Assembly (NCBI GenBank): GCA_028534125.1
Contig: CM052817.1
Span: 69,876,001 to 69,940,000, forward strand
Source of the DNA: Lama glama
Lineage: Eukaryota
DNA: 64,000 nt
Direction of reading: 5' to 3'
How positions within the stretch are numbered: position 1 is the first letter of the stretch; each line of letters starts with the position of its first letter. Shown piece after piece: positions 52,411-62,899 of the stretch. The notes under the pieces were generated by a model. That model worked only from the letters and a program-made list of their open reading frames with translations, was not told where the DNA came from and searched no databases. Made by a program: the position numbers and the translations under genes.

Positions 52411-53583
52411 GCAAGTCCAGGGTCTTCCTCCTGTGAACGCCCTTGAGGGAAGCCTCGCCCCTTAATCCAGAGGAGTTGAGATGAGGATGTGGTGACCCCT
52501 CACCTCACTTGGTCCTTCTGAGGGTTTGGCATTGTGGGTAGTCAGATGTCTGGGGCTTGCTTCAGCCTCAGTTTCCCTGATCCGTAGCACTGGCGTGTTC
52601 CGGCACTGCTTCGTGGGAAAATAGCTCTCTAGCCTTCAAACTGTGCACACTTACACTGGTCAAACAGATTATGCCACCGTTTAAGGTGGCTGTTTTGACA
52701 GAAAAGACCCCAGAATTAACGAAGGGCCCTCTCAGTCCTCCTGTTCTTGGAGGTCAGAGGGTTAGTTCTAAATAAAGAATTAGGGATTTTAACTGGAAGT
52801 TGTCCTACTTCATTTCTTACAATTCTGAAACTGAAGCGTAAGTATTAAAGAATTAGGAAAGAGCCCATCTGATTCTGAGGGCACGTGTTTCAGCCTCCCA
52901 CCTATAGCATCCATGACATCGAGGCGCTCAGATCCTCTGCAAACATCCCTCGTAACAAGGAATTTTCCTTCTGTGGAGTCAGCCCATGATGAAATGGGCT
53001 GAAATCTAGTTAGAATACGGTTGTAGGAGGCAGTCACTTTGAGTGACATTGGATTACTTAATCTTTGGTGTAAATTAGATACATGGTATGGCAGTATCTT
53101 TGGGGCATTGTTTAAAGTGCATGTGCACTTGGCAGCTGGTAAGAGCCAGCACTGACTTCCCCGTATGCCCCTTTATCTTTACCTTTCTCGTTGTTCTGCT
53201 GTATGGACATAAAAGACTCCATGAACTGTAAAATTTTATACAAGTATTAGGAATTTGTAATCCTTGGGAAAGTTTTTTGGAATGCCCTATGATTTCTGTT
53301 TGAGTGTTTTCTCTTGTCATATTTTTATGGTTTGATTTAATTCATTAACTCAGCATCCATCGGAGCAACTCCTGTGCCCTGTCTCAGGCTGGGTCTTGGA
53401 GGGGATGTGGAGAGGATACCAGTTGATAAGGCCTTGTCCCCGCCCTCAAGTACCTCAAGTTTAGTTTCAGCAAATTAAGAAGCTAGATATGTAACTTTCT
53501 TTTTCTTTCAGATAGTGATATTAAAGAGAACTATTAGTAAAAGCATGTTGAATAATACTGTGTTTTTTTGGGTTTTGTTTTAG

Positions 53584-53751
53584 TGCTCCAAGGGTATACC
53601 ATTCCTAAAGGCACGATAATATTACCCAACTTGTGGTCAGTACATAGAGACCCCACCGTTTGGGAGAAACCAGATGATTTCTACCCCAGTAGATTTCTGG
53701 ATGATCAAGGACAAGTTATTAAAAAAGAAACATTTATTCCTTTTGGGATAG
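53584..53751 (+). CDS. CYP2U1: CYP2U1 exon 4 (meander region to PFGI)
   Basis: Acceptor tttttag|T, donor G|gtcagt; [10 protein letters not shown]...HRDP...FYPSRFLD...FIPFGI; 168 nt. Confidence 0.97.
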
Positions 53752-53772
53752 GTCAGTTAAACTTTTCTTTTT

Positions 53773-53835
53773 CAGTTTTTTTATTGAAGTATAGTTGATT
53801 TATAATGTAAATTTCAGGTGTACCACAAAGTGATA

Positions 53836-53868
<33 letters not shown>

Positions 53869-54444
53869 TCTTTTTCAGATTCTTTTCCATTATTGGTTAT
53901 TATAAGATATTGAAAGTAGTTCCCCGTGCTACGTATAGTATGTCCTGGTTATTTATTTTATATATATGTTAATCCCATATATATATATATATGTTAATCC
54001 CAAACTCCTAATTTATCCCTCCCCTCCCTTTCACCTTTGGTAGCCAGAAGTTTGTTTTCTATGTCTGTGACTCTATTTCTGATTTGTAAATAAGTTCACT
54101 TCTATCTTTTTTCAAGATTCCACATATAAGTGATATTACATGATATTTATCTTTGTCTGACTTACTTCACTTAACACGATAATCTCTAGGTCCATCCATG
54201 TTGCTGCAAATGGCATTATTTCATTCTTTTTTATGGCAACTTTTCTTTTTTTAATATATTTTTATTGAAGTACAGTCAGTTTACAATGTGTCAGTTTCTG
54301 GTGTATAGCACAATACTTCAGTCACATAGGAACATACATACATTCGTTCTCAGATTCTTCATTATAGGTTACTACAAGACATTGAATATGGTTCCCTGTG
54401 CTACACAATATAAACTTGTTGTTTATCTATTTTATATATATTAG
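53773..54444 (-). mobile_element. Two tandem 5'-truncated L1 3' ends in CYP2U1 intron 4
   Basis: Two poly-T/ttattgaagt starts (~53773 and ~54250), each with its own TSD (see findings). Confidence 0.85.
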
Positions 54445-55182
54445 TATGGCAACTTCTATTTTCTTAATGGCATAATTTAAAAAGAAGCAGAACCAAAAGA
54501 ATCTTTTATTATTTTAAGATACTATTTTTAAAATGTTTCTTTCTTGGCAAGCTAATATAAGAGATAATTTAGATAGTACATCTCTACTGTGTTCATTTCA
54601 GCTTTTAAAAACAAAATGGAAGCAATTGGTTTTAAATAATTAAATATGACTAGAAATCTTCCTTTCTGAGTTACCAGGTGATTGTTTGAGTCCCAGGGAA
54701 CTACTGGAGTTAAGAGTAGCTTTGACCTGTCGGGCTGGTGGGTGAGGGTGAGCTCTCCAATCTCACCAGTGCCTCCTTTAGGTTCCTAGATTAGGGTGTG
54801 TGTCTTCTTTCTACAGGAAGAGAATACTCCTGCTATTCTCATCTGATGTATTTTCTCTTTAGTCTTCCAGGCACGAGCAAGGAAAGAGATAAGTAGGTAT
54901 GGAGGAGAGAAGGTAGCCCGCCTTATTGGATTGTCTCTAGTTCCTGTCTAGGATGAGGATAGATTTTTATGAGTAGGAGTTAAAATGTGCACTTGGTATG
55001 TGAAAATTGGGATCAGCATAGACTGTGGGAAGTCGTGGGGTATATGTGGCCATTTTATTTCAAAACTCTCTGTGTCTGCTTTTAAAACACCCAGTTTAGG
55101 GACTTCATATAAATTTGTCCTTTTTGAGACAGAAAAAGGGATGCTGTTGTAATCCTTACCTTTTTTCTGATCTTGTTTGTAG

Positions 55183-55361
55183 GGAAGCGGGTGTGTATGG
55201 GAGAGCAACTGGCAAAGATGGAATTATTCCTGATGTTCGTGAGCCTAATGCAGAGTTTCACATTTGCTTTGCCTAAGGACTCAAAGAAGCCAATTTTGAC
55301 TGGAAAATATGGTCTGACTTTAGCCCCACATCCATTTAATATAATCATTTCAAAGAGATAA
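55183..55361 (+). CDS. CYP2U1: CYP2U1 exon 5 (heme-binding Cys, stop)
   Basis: Acceptor tttgtag|G; completes FGIGKRVCMG (FxxGxRxCxG); TAA at 55359-55361. Exons sum to 490+636+162+168+179=1635 nt = 544 aa + stop. Confidence 0.97.
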
Positions 55362-56410
55362 AATATAATCATTTCAATCATTTCTTCTCTCCAAGAAGAG
55401 ATGGTGCACAGAATGTAAATACATGTCCTTCTAAGCTGGTTCTTCCTCCTGTAATTGACAGCAGATCCAGAAACTCTGCGGATCTAGGTTAGGCTCAGAT
55501 CAGAGGGAGACTGGAAAGAGGATAGTGCGTGGGAGCTTCCATCTTGGAGGAATGATTCCTCAGCAGGATACTCCAGCCGTCTCAGTCATGCATGTGACTC
55601 GGGGTGGGGACAAAGTCTAGGCCGGGGAAGCAGGGCATCTGGATTTTTATCCCCAGTGGCTTCCACCAGTGAGCATGTCTTCTCCTCCCTCAGTGCCTCA
55701 GTCATTCCATGGGTAAAGTGAGGGTCACAAAATTTGCCTTCTCTCTATATCTCAGCATGAATGAAGGTCAAACGCCCCGTGTCTTTTCTGACATCACCAG
55801 AACACTGTTTACTTCTGCAGAACAAATTCAGGAGAAGAAGGGAGACTACCTGTTTGAGACCCTTGATGACATGAAAGTGGTATTCAGACCTGGATGCTTT
55901 GTCAGGGGAGAATGTGGGTTTAGGGGACCGTGAGTTAGAGCTTTTCTTGGCACAGATCATATGTCGGTTTTGGGAGGGCTCGTTCTGTTATTGTTATCTT
56001 TTTGTTTATGATTTTGGTTTTTACTTTTTGTAGGCATGAGATGAAGTGGACCCCTGTTCATTATATTGAGGAAAGGTTATTGTGTGAACTTATGTGCCTG
56101 TCCTCTATTTTAACTGCATGACCAGTGAGCCTGGCTGAAGAAGTGACTTCGTCGCAGAATTCCTTTCTGCTGAGCTTACTGCAGTGATGGACCTCTAGCT
56201 TTTGATTTGAGCTTTGAATAGTGAGCTGGGGAATTTTGACACTTGGGATTCATTAGGAAAGGATTCAAACTGTACCGAACATTCCTTTCCTGTTCTCTGC
56301 CACCAGGCCTAGTGTATCTCATCCCTGAAGACTCTTAAAGACAGGAAGGCATTCTTATTCGTATTAAGAGAACTAAATGATTTCTTAATAAATAAGCTCC
56401 CTCTAAAAGA

Positions 56411-56600
56411 GCAGTTCTCACAAAAGGTAATGACCTTTCTCAGGGAGTGTTTGGAAATATGTGGGTGTGTTTTTGATTATTGCAATGATTAGGGTGCTGT
56501 TGGTCTTTCTGCTGCCATGAGGCCAGGATGCTAAATGTCTGAGCAGTCCTAGACAATGAAGAACTGTCTCACCCAGTATACCAGTATTTCCTCCAGTAAG
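56411..56600 (+). mobile_element. hAT-Charlie MER20-like MITE in the CYP2U1 3' UTR
   Basis: cagttctca..tttggaaat..ggccaggatgctaaatgtc..acaatgaagaactgtc. Confidence 0.55.
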
Positions 56601-57497
56601 GTCATGCTCCGAAAACAGCCAGCCCTTTCCTTTATTCTTCTAGACTATTCCTTTTAGAGAAGGAATCGTGATAATAACGTGAGCAACTATACTTCTGAGC
56701 CTTTCCTCATTGCTGGCACCATACTTAATGCTTTACTCGTGTACTTACATGATTCTTACAGAAAGTCTGGTAAGAGGGTGCCATGGTGTAGCTGATGAAG
56801 CTGAGGCTTAGGAGTTAAGGCACGTGGTTGAGAAGCACCACTGCCTATTTCAGACCTACCAGTCTTTGTGACTGGAGAGTTCTTCCCGCACCACTTCTCT
56901 CTGCTGCCACCCCCTGAGCTCAGCAGTCTCCCCCTCTGCATTTTCAATATAGATAAATGAGATACAGGCCAATCCTGAGGTGCCTTGAGGAGTTTTGTTA
57001 ATTAATAAATGAAACGCCCAGGCACTGTGAGTGAATGGAGAGGTTGTTGTCTAGATCTTAGACAGATGGTGCCTGTGTGGATTACCGTGTGCCTTAGCAG
57101 GGCAGTCTGTCCTGATCTGGAATTTCATATGCTTTGGAATTGCATTAATGACTTTGCGTTAGCAGGTTTATTACTCCTCGATTTATATGTTTATTTTCAT
57201 TACTCCTAACCAAACAGTTGTAGCTAACTTGAGGAAGACAACTCTTCCGTGAGATTATGTTGAAATCAGATGTTTATTAAACTTTTCAATATAATGCCTT
57301 AAAAACTGTAGCACTTTACAAACATCTCTATATAGCAGATCACTGAAAGGACGGTTAATGCTTTCTTTGTACATGTTGATGTTTTACGATTTTGTACTTT
57401 ATGATTTATTTGAAATATAAAAATAATAGTACTTTATTTTGTAAGTCTGCCTAATATCTACCTTTTAGTCATCTTTAGCATAATTTGTGATGCTTTT

Positions 57498-57557
57498 ATT
57501 AAACTTTTAATTTTAAATGAGATAGTGTCATGTCTGGTTTTGGGGGTTTTGTTTTTG
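57498..57557 (+). terminator. CYP2U1: Candidate CYP2U1 poly(A) site
   Basis: ATTAAA at 57498-57503 with upstream TGTA motifs and a downstream GT-rich tract (57525-57557). An alternative AATAAA lies at 57004. Confidence 0.45.
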
Positions 57558-58004
57558 CTAAACAAAATTCTGTTTTGCCAGATGTCAAGTTAGGAAATGG
57601 AAGAGGGAATAGCCCTCCAAAAAGAGCCACAGATATACAAGAATGATCTCTGCACAGGAGGATAATTCTCTCAATATACCCTCTCAGAGCACAGTTACTC
57701 TCAGGACTGTATCACAGCCCACGTTTCTTATCTCTCACATCAAAGTCCAGCATTATTTGAGGGAGTGATGAATCTACACAAGCCCATTGGGGCAATGTGT
57801 CTAGTGCTTGTCTCTGCAACACTTCTTAGCTCAGGAAGAAGAGTTTTTTAACCACCTGAACCTACGGATTTTTCCTAGCGGTAAGCCGACTCCAGCTTGT
57901 TCCATGGCCCAGTCTTCCTCCTGCAGGTCACAGCTCAGAGGTCACCTCCGCAGGGCAGGCTTCCACTAATGCCTTATCTAAAGTGGCCTTTCCTGAGAAC
58001 TCTC

Positions 58005-58364
58005 TGCTATAAACTGTTTGTGCCCCCCAGAATTCATTTATTGAAACCTAGTCCCTAATACAATAGTAGTTGGAGGTGGGACCTTTGGGAGATGATTGTC
58101 GTAAGAGTTGAGCCTTCATAAATGGGATTAGGGTCCTTATAAAAGAGACCCCAGAAAGCTCCCTTGCCCTTTCTGCCTTTGTGAGAATGCAGTGTGAAGA
58201 CGGCCACCCACGAACCAGGAAGTGGGCTCTCACAAGACACTGAATCTGCTGATGCCTTGATTTTGGACTTCTGGCCTCCAGAATGGTGAGAAACAAACTT
58301 CTGTCATTTATGACATAGTCAGTCTATGATACTTTTGTTATAGTAGCCTAAATGGACTAAAACA
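58005..58364 (+). mobile_element. MaLR solo LTR (MLT1A-like)
   Basis: TGCTAT..tttgtgcccccagaattca..aatgggattag..ttataaaagagacccc..ttggacttctggcctccagaa..gactaaaaca. Confidence 0.85.
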
Positions 58365-58446
58365 CCCCCTGATTTGTCCAGTTTATTTCCTTCGGAGCCT
58401 CCCTCACATTCTACAGATACCTTTTTAATTTAAATGCTCGGTTTCT

Positions 58447-58611
58447 TTTTTTTTTTTAGTTTTACTGCAGTTTATTTTTTTAATTACTTTTTTTTAATGG
58501 GAGGAGGTAATTAGGTTTATTTGTTTATCTTTAATGGAGATACTGGGGGTTGAACCCAGGATCTCATGCTTGCTAAGCATGTGGTCTACTACTGAGCTAT
58601 ATCCTCCCCCC
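58447..58611 (-). mobile_element. tRNA-derived SINE (Vic-1-like)
   Basis: Reverse complement of the same SINE; TSD taaatgctcggtttct (58431-58446) / taaatcctcagtttct (58613-58628). Confidence 0.88.
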
Positions 58612-58654
58612 ATAAATCCTCAGTTTCTGTCATGTCTGAGACCTGTGGCCAGAG

Positions 58655-59020
58655 GTGCCCTTTGATGCACAAGTTTTCAATTTTGATGAAGTTCACTTGG
58701 ACTATTTTTCCTTTTGTTGCCTATGCCTTTGGTGTCCTATCTAAGAAATCATTGCTTAATCTAATGTCATGAAGCTTTCCTCTTGTTTCCTTCTAAGAGT
58801 TTTATAGTTTTAGCTGCCATGTGTAAGTGTTTGATCCATCTTGAGTTAATTTTTGTATATGATGTAAAGTAAGGGTCTAACTTTTTTTTTTTTTTTTTTT
58901 GCATGTGGGTAACAATTTCCCCAACACCATTTGTTGAAAAGACTGTCTTTGCCCCATTGAATGGTCTTGGTACCCTTGTCGAAAATTATTTGACCATGTA
59001 TGTGAGGATTTATTCCTGGG
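58655..59020 (-). mobile_element. L1 ORF2 fragment abutting the RCSD1 retrocopy
   Basis: Reverse complement contains ccaggaataaatcctcacatacatggtc..tcaacaaatggtg..aaaaattaactcaagatggatcaaac. Confidence 0.85.
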
Positions 59021-59029
59021 TTGATACTA

Positions 59030-60722
59030 TCTTTTAAAGTAATGAATTGCTAAACAGTTTTATACTAATACCAGAATATTCAAACCAATCAGTGAGGGGA
59101 GAAGATACATCAAGGAAGGGACAGAGCATCCAGGCCCACAGGTTGACCAGTATCCTTGGGGAGTTGTCACCAGAGTAGATTGTCCATCAGGTGACACAAA
59201 CTCAAGCTGATAGAAGTCTGCTGCCCTCAGATCCAATCTCTGCCTGGGACGGCGTTGGGGTGGGGACACGGCACCCTGTGTCTTCAGGCTGACTCCTGAG
59301 CCTCAGCGCATCCTGCTTCTGTGATGGCTTCCCTGGCTGCTGCTACTATTGCTGTGACTACTTCCAAAGAGACGGCTCCAGCAGCTTCCTCACAAGCACA
59401 GTCAGTTCTTTTTCACATTTTAGTGTCCTGGACAGAGGGGTTCTCCTCTGTCTCGGGGACCTCACTGCTGGTGTCCGGCAGCGCATGGCCAGTGGTCGCA
59501 GCCTGACTCGAGAAGGGCCCCCTCATCTTGCTTTTCCTTGCATTTCCCCTGCTTGTGGCTGTGGCCACCCTCTACTCCTCGGGGAGGACTTTGGGGGTTT
59601 CCTCCCCTACAGCTGCCTCCTCCGGCCCCTTTATGTCTTGGCTTCTTTGTCCGGGCTCATCCTCTTGGCTAGCTGCCCTCTCCTTCGCCTCTGTAGACTC
59701 CTCTGTCTGCTCTCCCACCGGTTTCTACTCTGTGGGGTTCCTGCGTCCACTCTCTGCCTCTGGGCCGGAGGCTTGGGCTGGACGCTGGCCGGCCCCCTCT
59801 GTGCAGCTGCCCACAGCCTCCTCGTGCTGTGGGCCTTCCCCGTGGCCTGCCCTTCTCCTTTTGCTTCTCTGTCCTGCTGGACATCTCCTCAGAGGAGGGG
59901 ATCCTGGGGCTTGGCTCTTGGGTGGGAACTCCTCATCCCCATTCTCTTCTTTGGCACCATTCTCTGGGGAGGACTTCATGGCCCTGAAGTCTCTCAGGTC
60001 CCCACAGCCCGACTGGGACCTTCGGAATTGCCTGGAGGGAAGGCGCCTTTTGACTGAGTTCCTTGTCTGCACCTCATTGTAACAGGGCAGACGATTGTCT
60101 TCAGGAGGCTGGTCGAGGCTGATGGGCACGTCCTCTGGCTCGCTGGCCTGAAACTGTTCACCAGGGCTGCTACAGGGAGATGGTGGGCTGTGAAACGGCT
60201 ATACCATGACCTTGAGTCCAGGACTTTTTTTCTTTTTTGAGATACTTTGATAGGTTTAATTGCTTCTCTCTCTGGGTGTGTGATGGTTGAGTCGGGACTC
60301 TTGGGTGAGGCCCCAGACTCTTGGGTGGATCAATGGCTAAATTGGCTGGAAGCTTCTCCGTCAGAGGCTCTTCACCTTGATTTTAGGAGGTGGTTTGCAT
60401 TGGTCGGTGACTTCTCACCATTCTGACCCAGCTCTACCTTGGAGGGGAACAGAGAGGGAGCAGCACGGTTTCCTTCTCTTGGTTTACTGGCTGGTGTTTC
60501 CTTTGCAGCGGCTGCCTGCTCCCTAAAGCCTGCGGCCAGCTGGGCCACGGACGGGGCGCCGAGTCGTCCACGTTGGCTTTGGTCTGTGTCGGCCTTTCCT
60601 CCATGTCCTTGGGGCCAGCTCGGCGGCGGCTGCGCAGACTCCTTGCTCTTGCTCTTTCCTGGGGCTCACGATCCCGCCTCTCCGCTCGGTTCCCGCCCGG
60701 GCCGGTCCGGCTGCGACAGCCC
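59030..60722 (-). pseudogene. RCSD1: Processed pseudogene (retrocopy) of RCSD1/CapZIP; former CDS 60604 to 59413 plus both UTRs
   Basis: Minus strand reads [16 protein letters not shown].. [22 protein letters not shown].. [12 protein letters not shown].. PFHSPP.. VPISLDQPPE..LPCYNEVQTRNSVKRRLPSRQFRRSQS.. SVQDTKM*, colinear with CapZIP and intronless. Frameshifts (first near 60553) and a premature TAG (60199-60201). Confidence 0.93.
60225..60286 (-). mobile_element. Tiny 5'-truncated polyadenylated retro-insert nested in the RCSD1 retrocopy
   Basis: 48 bp unique sequence with ATTAAA (minus strand, 60260-60255) 16 nt before an A-tail (60238-60225); flanked by ~16-bp direct repeats ttgagtccaggactt (60212-) and ttgagtcgggactctt (60287-). 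Confidence 0.8.
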
Positions 60723-61044
60723 ATTTCTAATTCTAAAAGATGACACTAAACGGGAAATCCCACCAGTGGAAACTGTTCTCTCGTCATACTCTGTTTGGCA
60801 GCATTTGTCCTCCTCATATTTTTTTCCAGTTTGAGTTTGTTGCTTAGCAAACTCTTCCCACCTGATCTGCAGAGGTTTGTAGTGAGTTGTCAGTTATAGT
60901 TTTTGAAGGATGTCTTCCAAGGATATTTAAATCCTTTATGTGGTTTCCTTGAACACAAACATAATGTTCATGGAAAGCCAGTGCCTAAACATAAAAATAA
61001 AAATAAATTAACTAAAACCTCAAAAAGCTGTTATTTTTCAAGAG

Positions 61045-61252
61045 GGACAGAATGACAGATGGTAACTGAATGCCATACCTGCCCCTAGATTGGATTCAGT
61101 AGTAGAAGGAAAAAAAACTATAAAGGGCATTATTGTATTAATTAACTAAATTGGAATATGGTTGATCAACTGAATAGAAATGTATCAACCTTAAATTTAC
61201 TTAAGTTGATTACTATGGTTATGTAACAGACACACCCTATTCCTAGGAAATA
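61045..61252 (+). mobile_element. L1MC-like 3' fragment running into the gap
   Basis: ctagattggat..ggcattatt..ctatggttatgtaa..ttcctaggaaata. Confidence 0.55.
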
Positions 61253-61752
61253 NNNNNNNNNNNNNNNNNNNNNNNNNNNNNNNNNNNNNNNNNNNNNNNN
61301 NNNNNNNNNNNNNNNNNNNNNNNNNNNNNNNNNNNNNNNNNNNNNNNNNNNNNNNNNNNNNNNNNNNNNNNNNNNNNNNNNNNNNNNNNNNNNNNNNNNN
61401 NNNNNNNNNNNNNNNNNNNNNNNNNNNNNNNNNNNNNNNNNNNNNNNNNNNNNNNNNNNNNNNNNNNNNNNNNNNNNNNNNNNNNNNNNNNNNNNNNNNN
61501 NNNNNNNNNNNNNNNNNNNNNNNNNNNNNNNNNNNNNNNNNNNNNNNNNNNNNNNNNNNNNNNNNNNNNNNNNNNNNNNNNNNNNNNNNNNNNNNNNNNN
61601 NNNNNNNNNNNNNNNNNNNNNNNNNNNNNNNNNNNNNNNNNNNNNNNNNNNNNNNNNNNNNNNNNNNNNNNNNNNNNNNNNNNNNNNNNNNNNNNNNNNN
61701 NNNNNNNNNNNNNNNNNNNNNNNNNNNNNNNNNNNNNNNNNNNNNNNNNNNN
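61253..61752. other. Assembly gap (500 N)
   Basis: Run of N. Confidence 1.
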
Positions 61753-62899
61753 AGGGCAGAGTGGCCCTCCTGGTTCAGAAGAGTGTAAATGAGAGACTCT
61801 CAGGATGAATCAGCTGGAAAGTTATCTGTCTAGCCCTTTCTGTTGATAGACAAGGACCCTGGAGCCCAGCGAGGATGTCTGCAAACAGTCATAATGCACA
61901 CCAGTGACCAAGCCAGGACTCCTAATTCTCACTCCAGTGCTTCTTTACACCGCACCTTTACATAATACAGATGGCCTCAGACTTGAGAATTGCTTAAAAA
62001 AAATACTGTCATTATTCTTTCTTTTCTGAAGAAAACAAATCAGAGCTCTGAAAAGGTGCCAAATATTCAGGCATTATATTTTACATTACACACAGTTAAA
62101 AAAGTATATATATATAGTGACAACACTATAATTAGAGTATGTTTGGCCTTGCATTAGACACAACCTGTAAATTAGAATGAAAAATTACTATCTACCAAAG
62201 AATCATCTAGGCAACCTCCTAATCTACCATCATAGGTTCACCTCTAATCACACCTAATTCCTCACCTTCTTTTTGTGGCAACATTTTCTTATGTTTCTAC
62301 CTTCGCATATGCTGCTTCCTCTGCCTAGAATTCTCTTGTCTTCACAAATGGACTCATTTCATCAAGTTACTAAGTTTCTCTGTGTAACCTTCCTTTTCCA
62401 ATTCTAGTCCAACAGGTTTTTGCATTTGCCAAATTCGAGCTCTTAATGGACTTTATTTGGATGTGACACTGCCTTCTCCGCCAGTAGTGATCTCCTTAGT
62501 AATGTCACAAGCCTAACGGAGTGCTTAAAGTGCGTCTCCCATAGTTTTACAGAACTAGATACAAAAAAATGAGATCAAAGCAAAGGAATGGTGAACACAG
62601 GATTCACTATGAAAGTTACTTCCAATAGGAGGGAACGGAATTTGGACGCTGATTTGTGTCCTTATTTTTATTATTTTCTTAGAAACAAAGTAAATAAATT
62701 AATACCATTACATATTACTAAGTTACAGTAGCTAGAAATTATTCACAGGAGGGAGGAGATTGGCCTAGTTGGTGTCCTCTTCCATTACTTTGAAAAACGT
62801 TCCTTTCCCAGGCTTTCCATTCCACAAAGATTGCTGTTTGGCCTTAAACTATCCACAGGTTCACTGTATTGATAGAAGTGTAAAGTTGAAATGAGACCC

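Noticed and set aside
59485..60082. 190-aa and 184-aa plus-strand ORFs
   Set aside because: Antisense to the purine-rich RCSD1 retrocopy; Leu/Ser/Pro bias is explained by that.
59725..60129. 134-aa CapZIP-like ORF as a functional retrogene
   Set aside because: GTG start, stop codon upstream, frameshift at its 3' end, and the CPI Arg is mutated.
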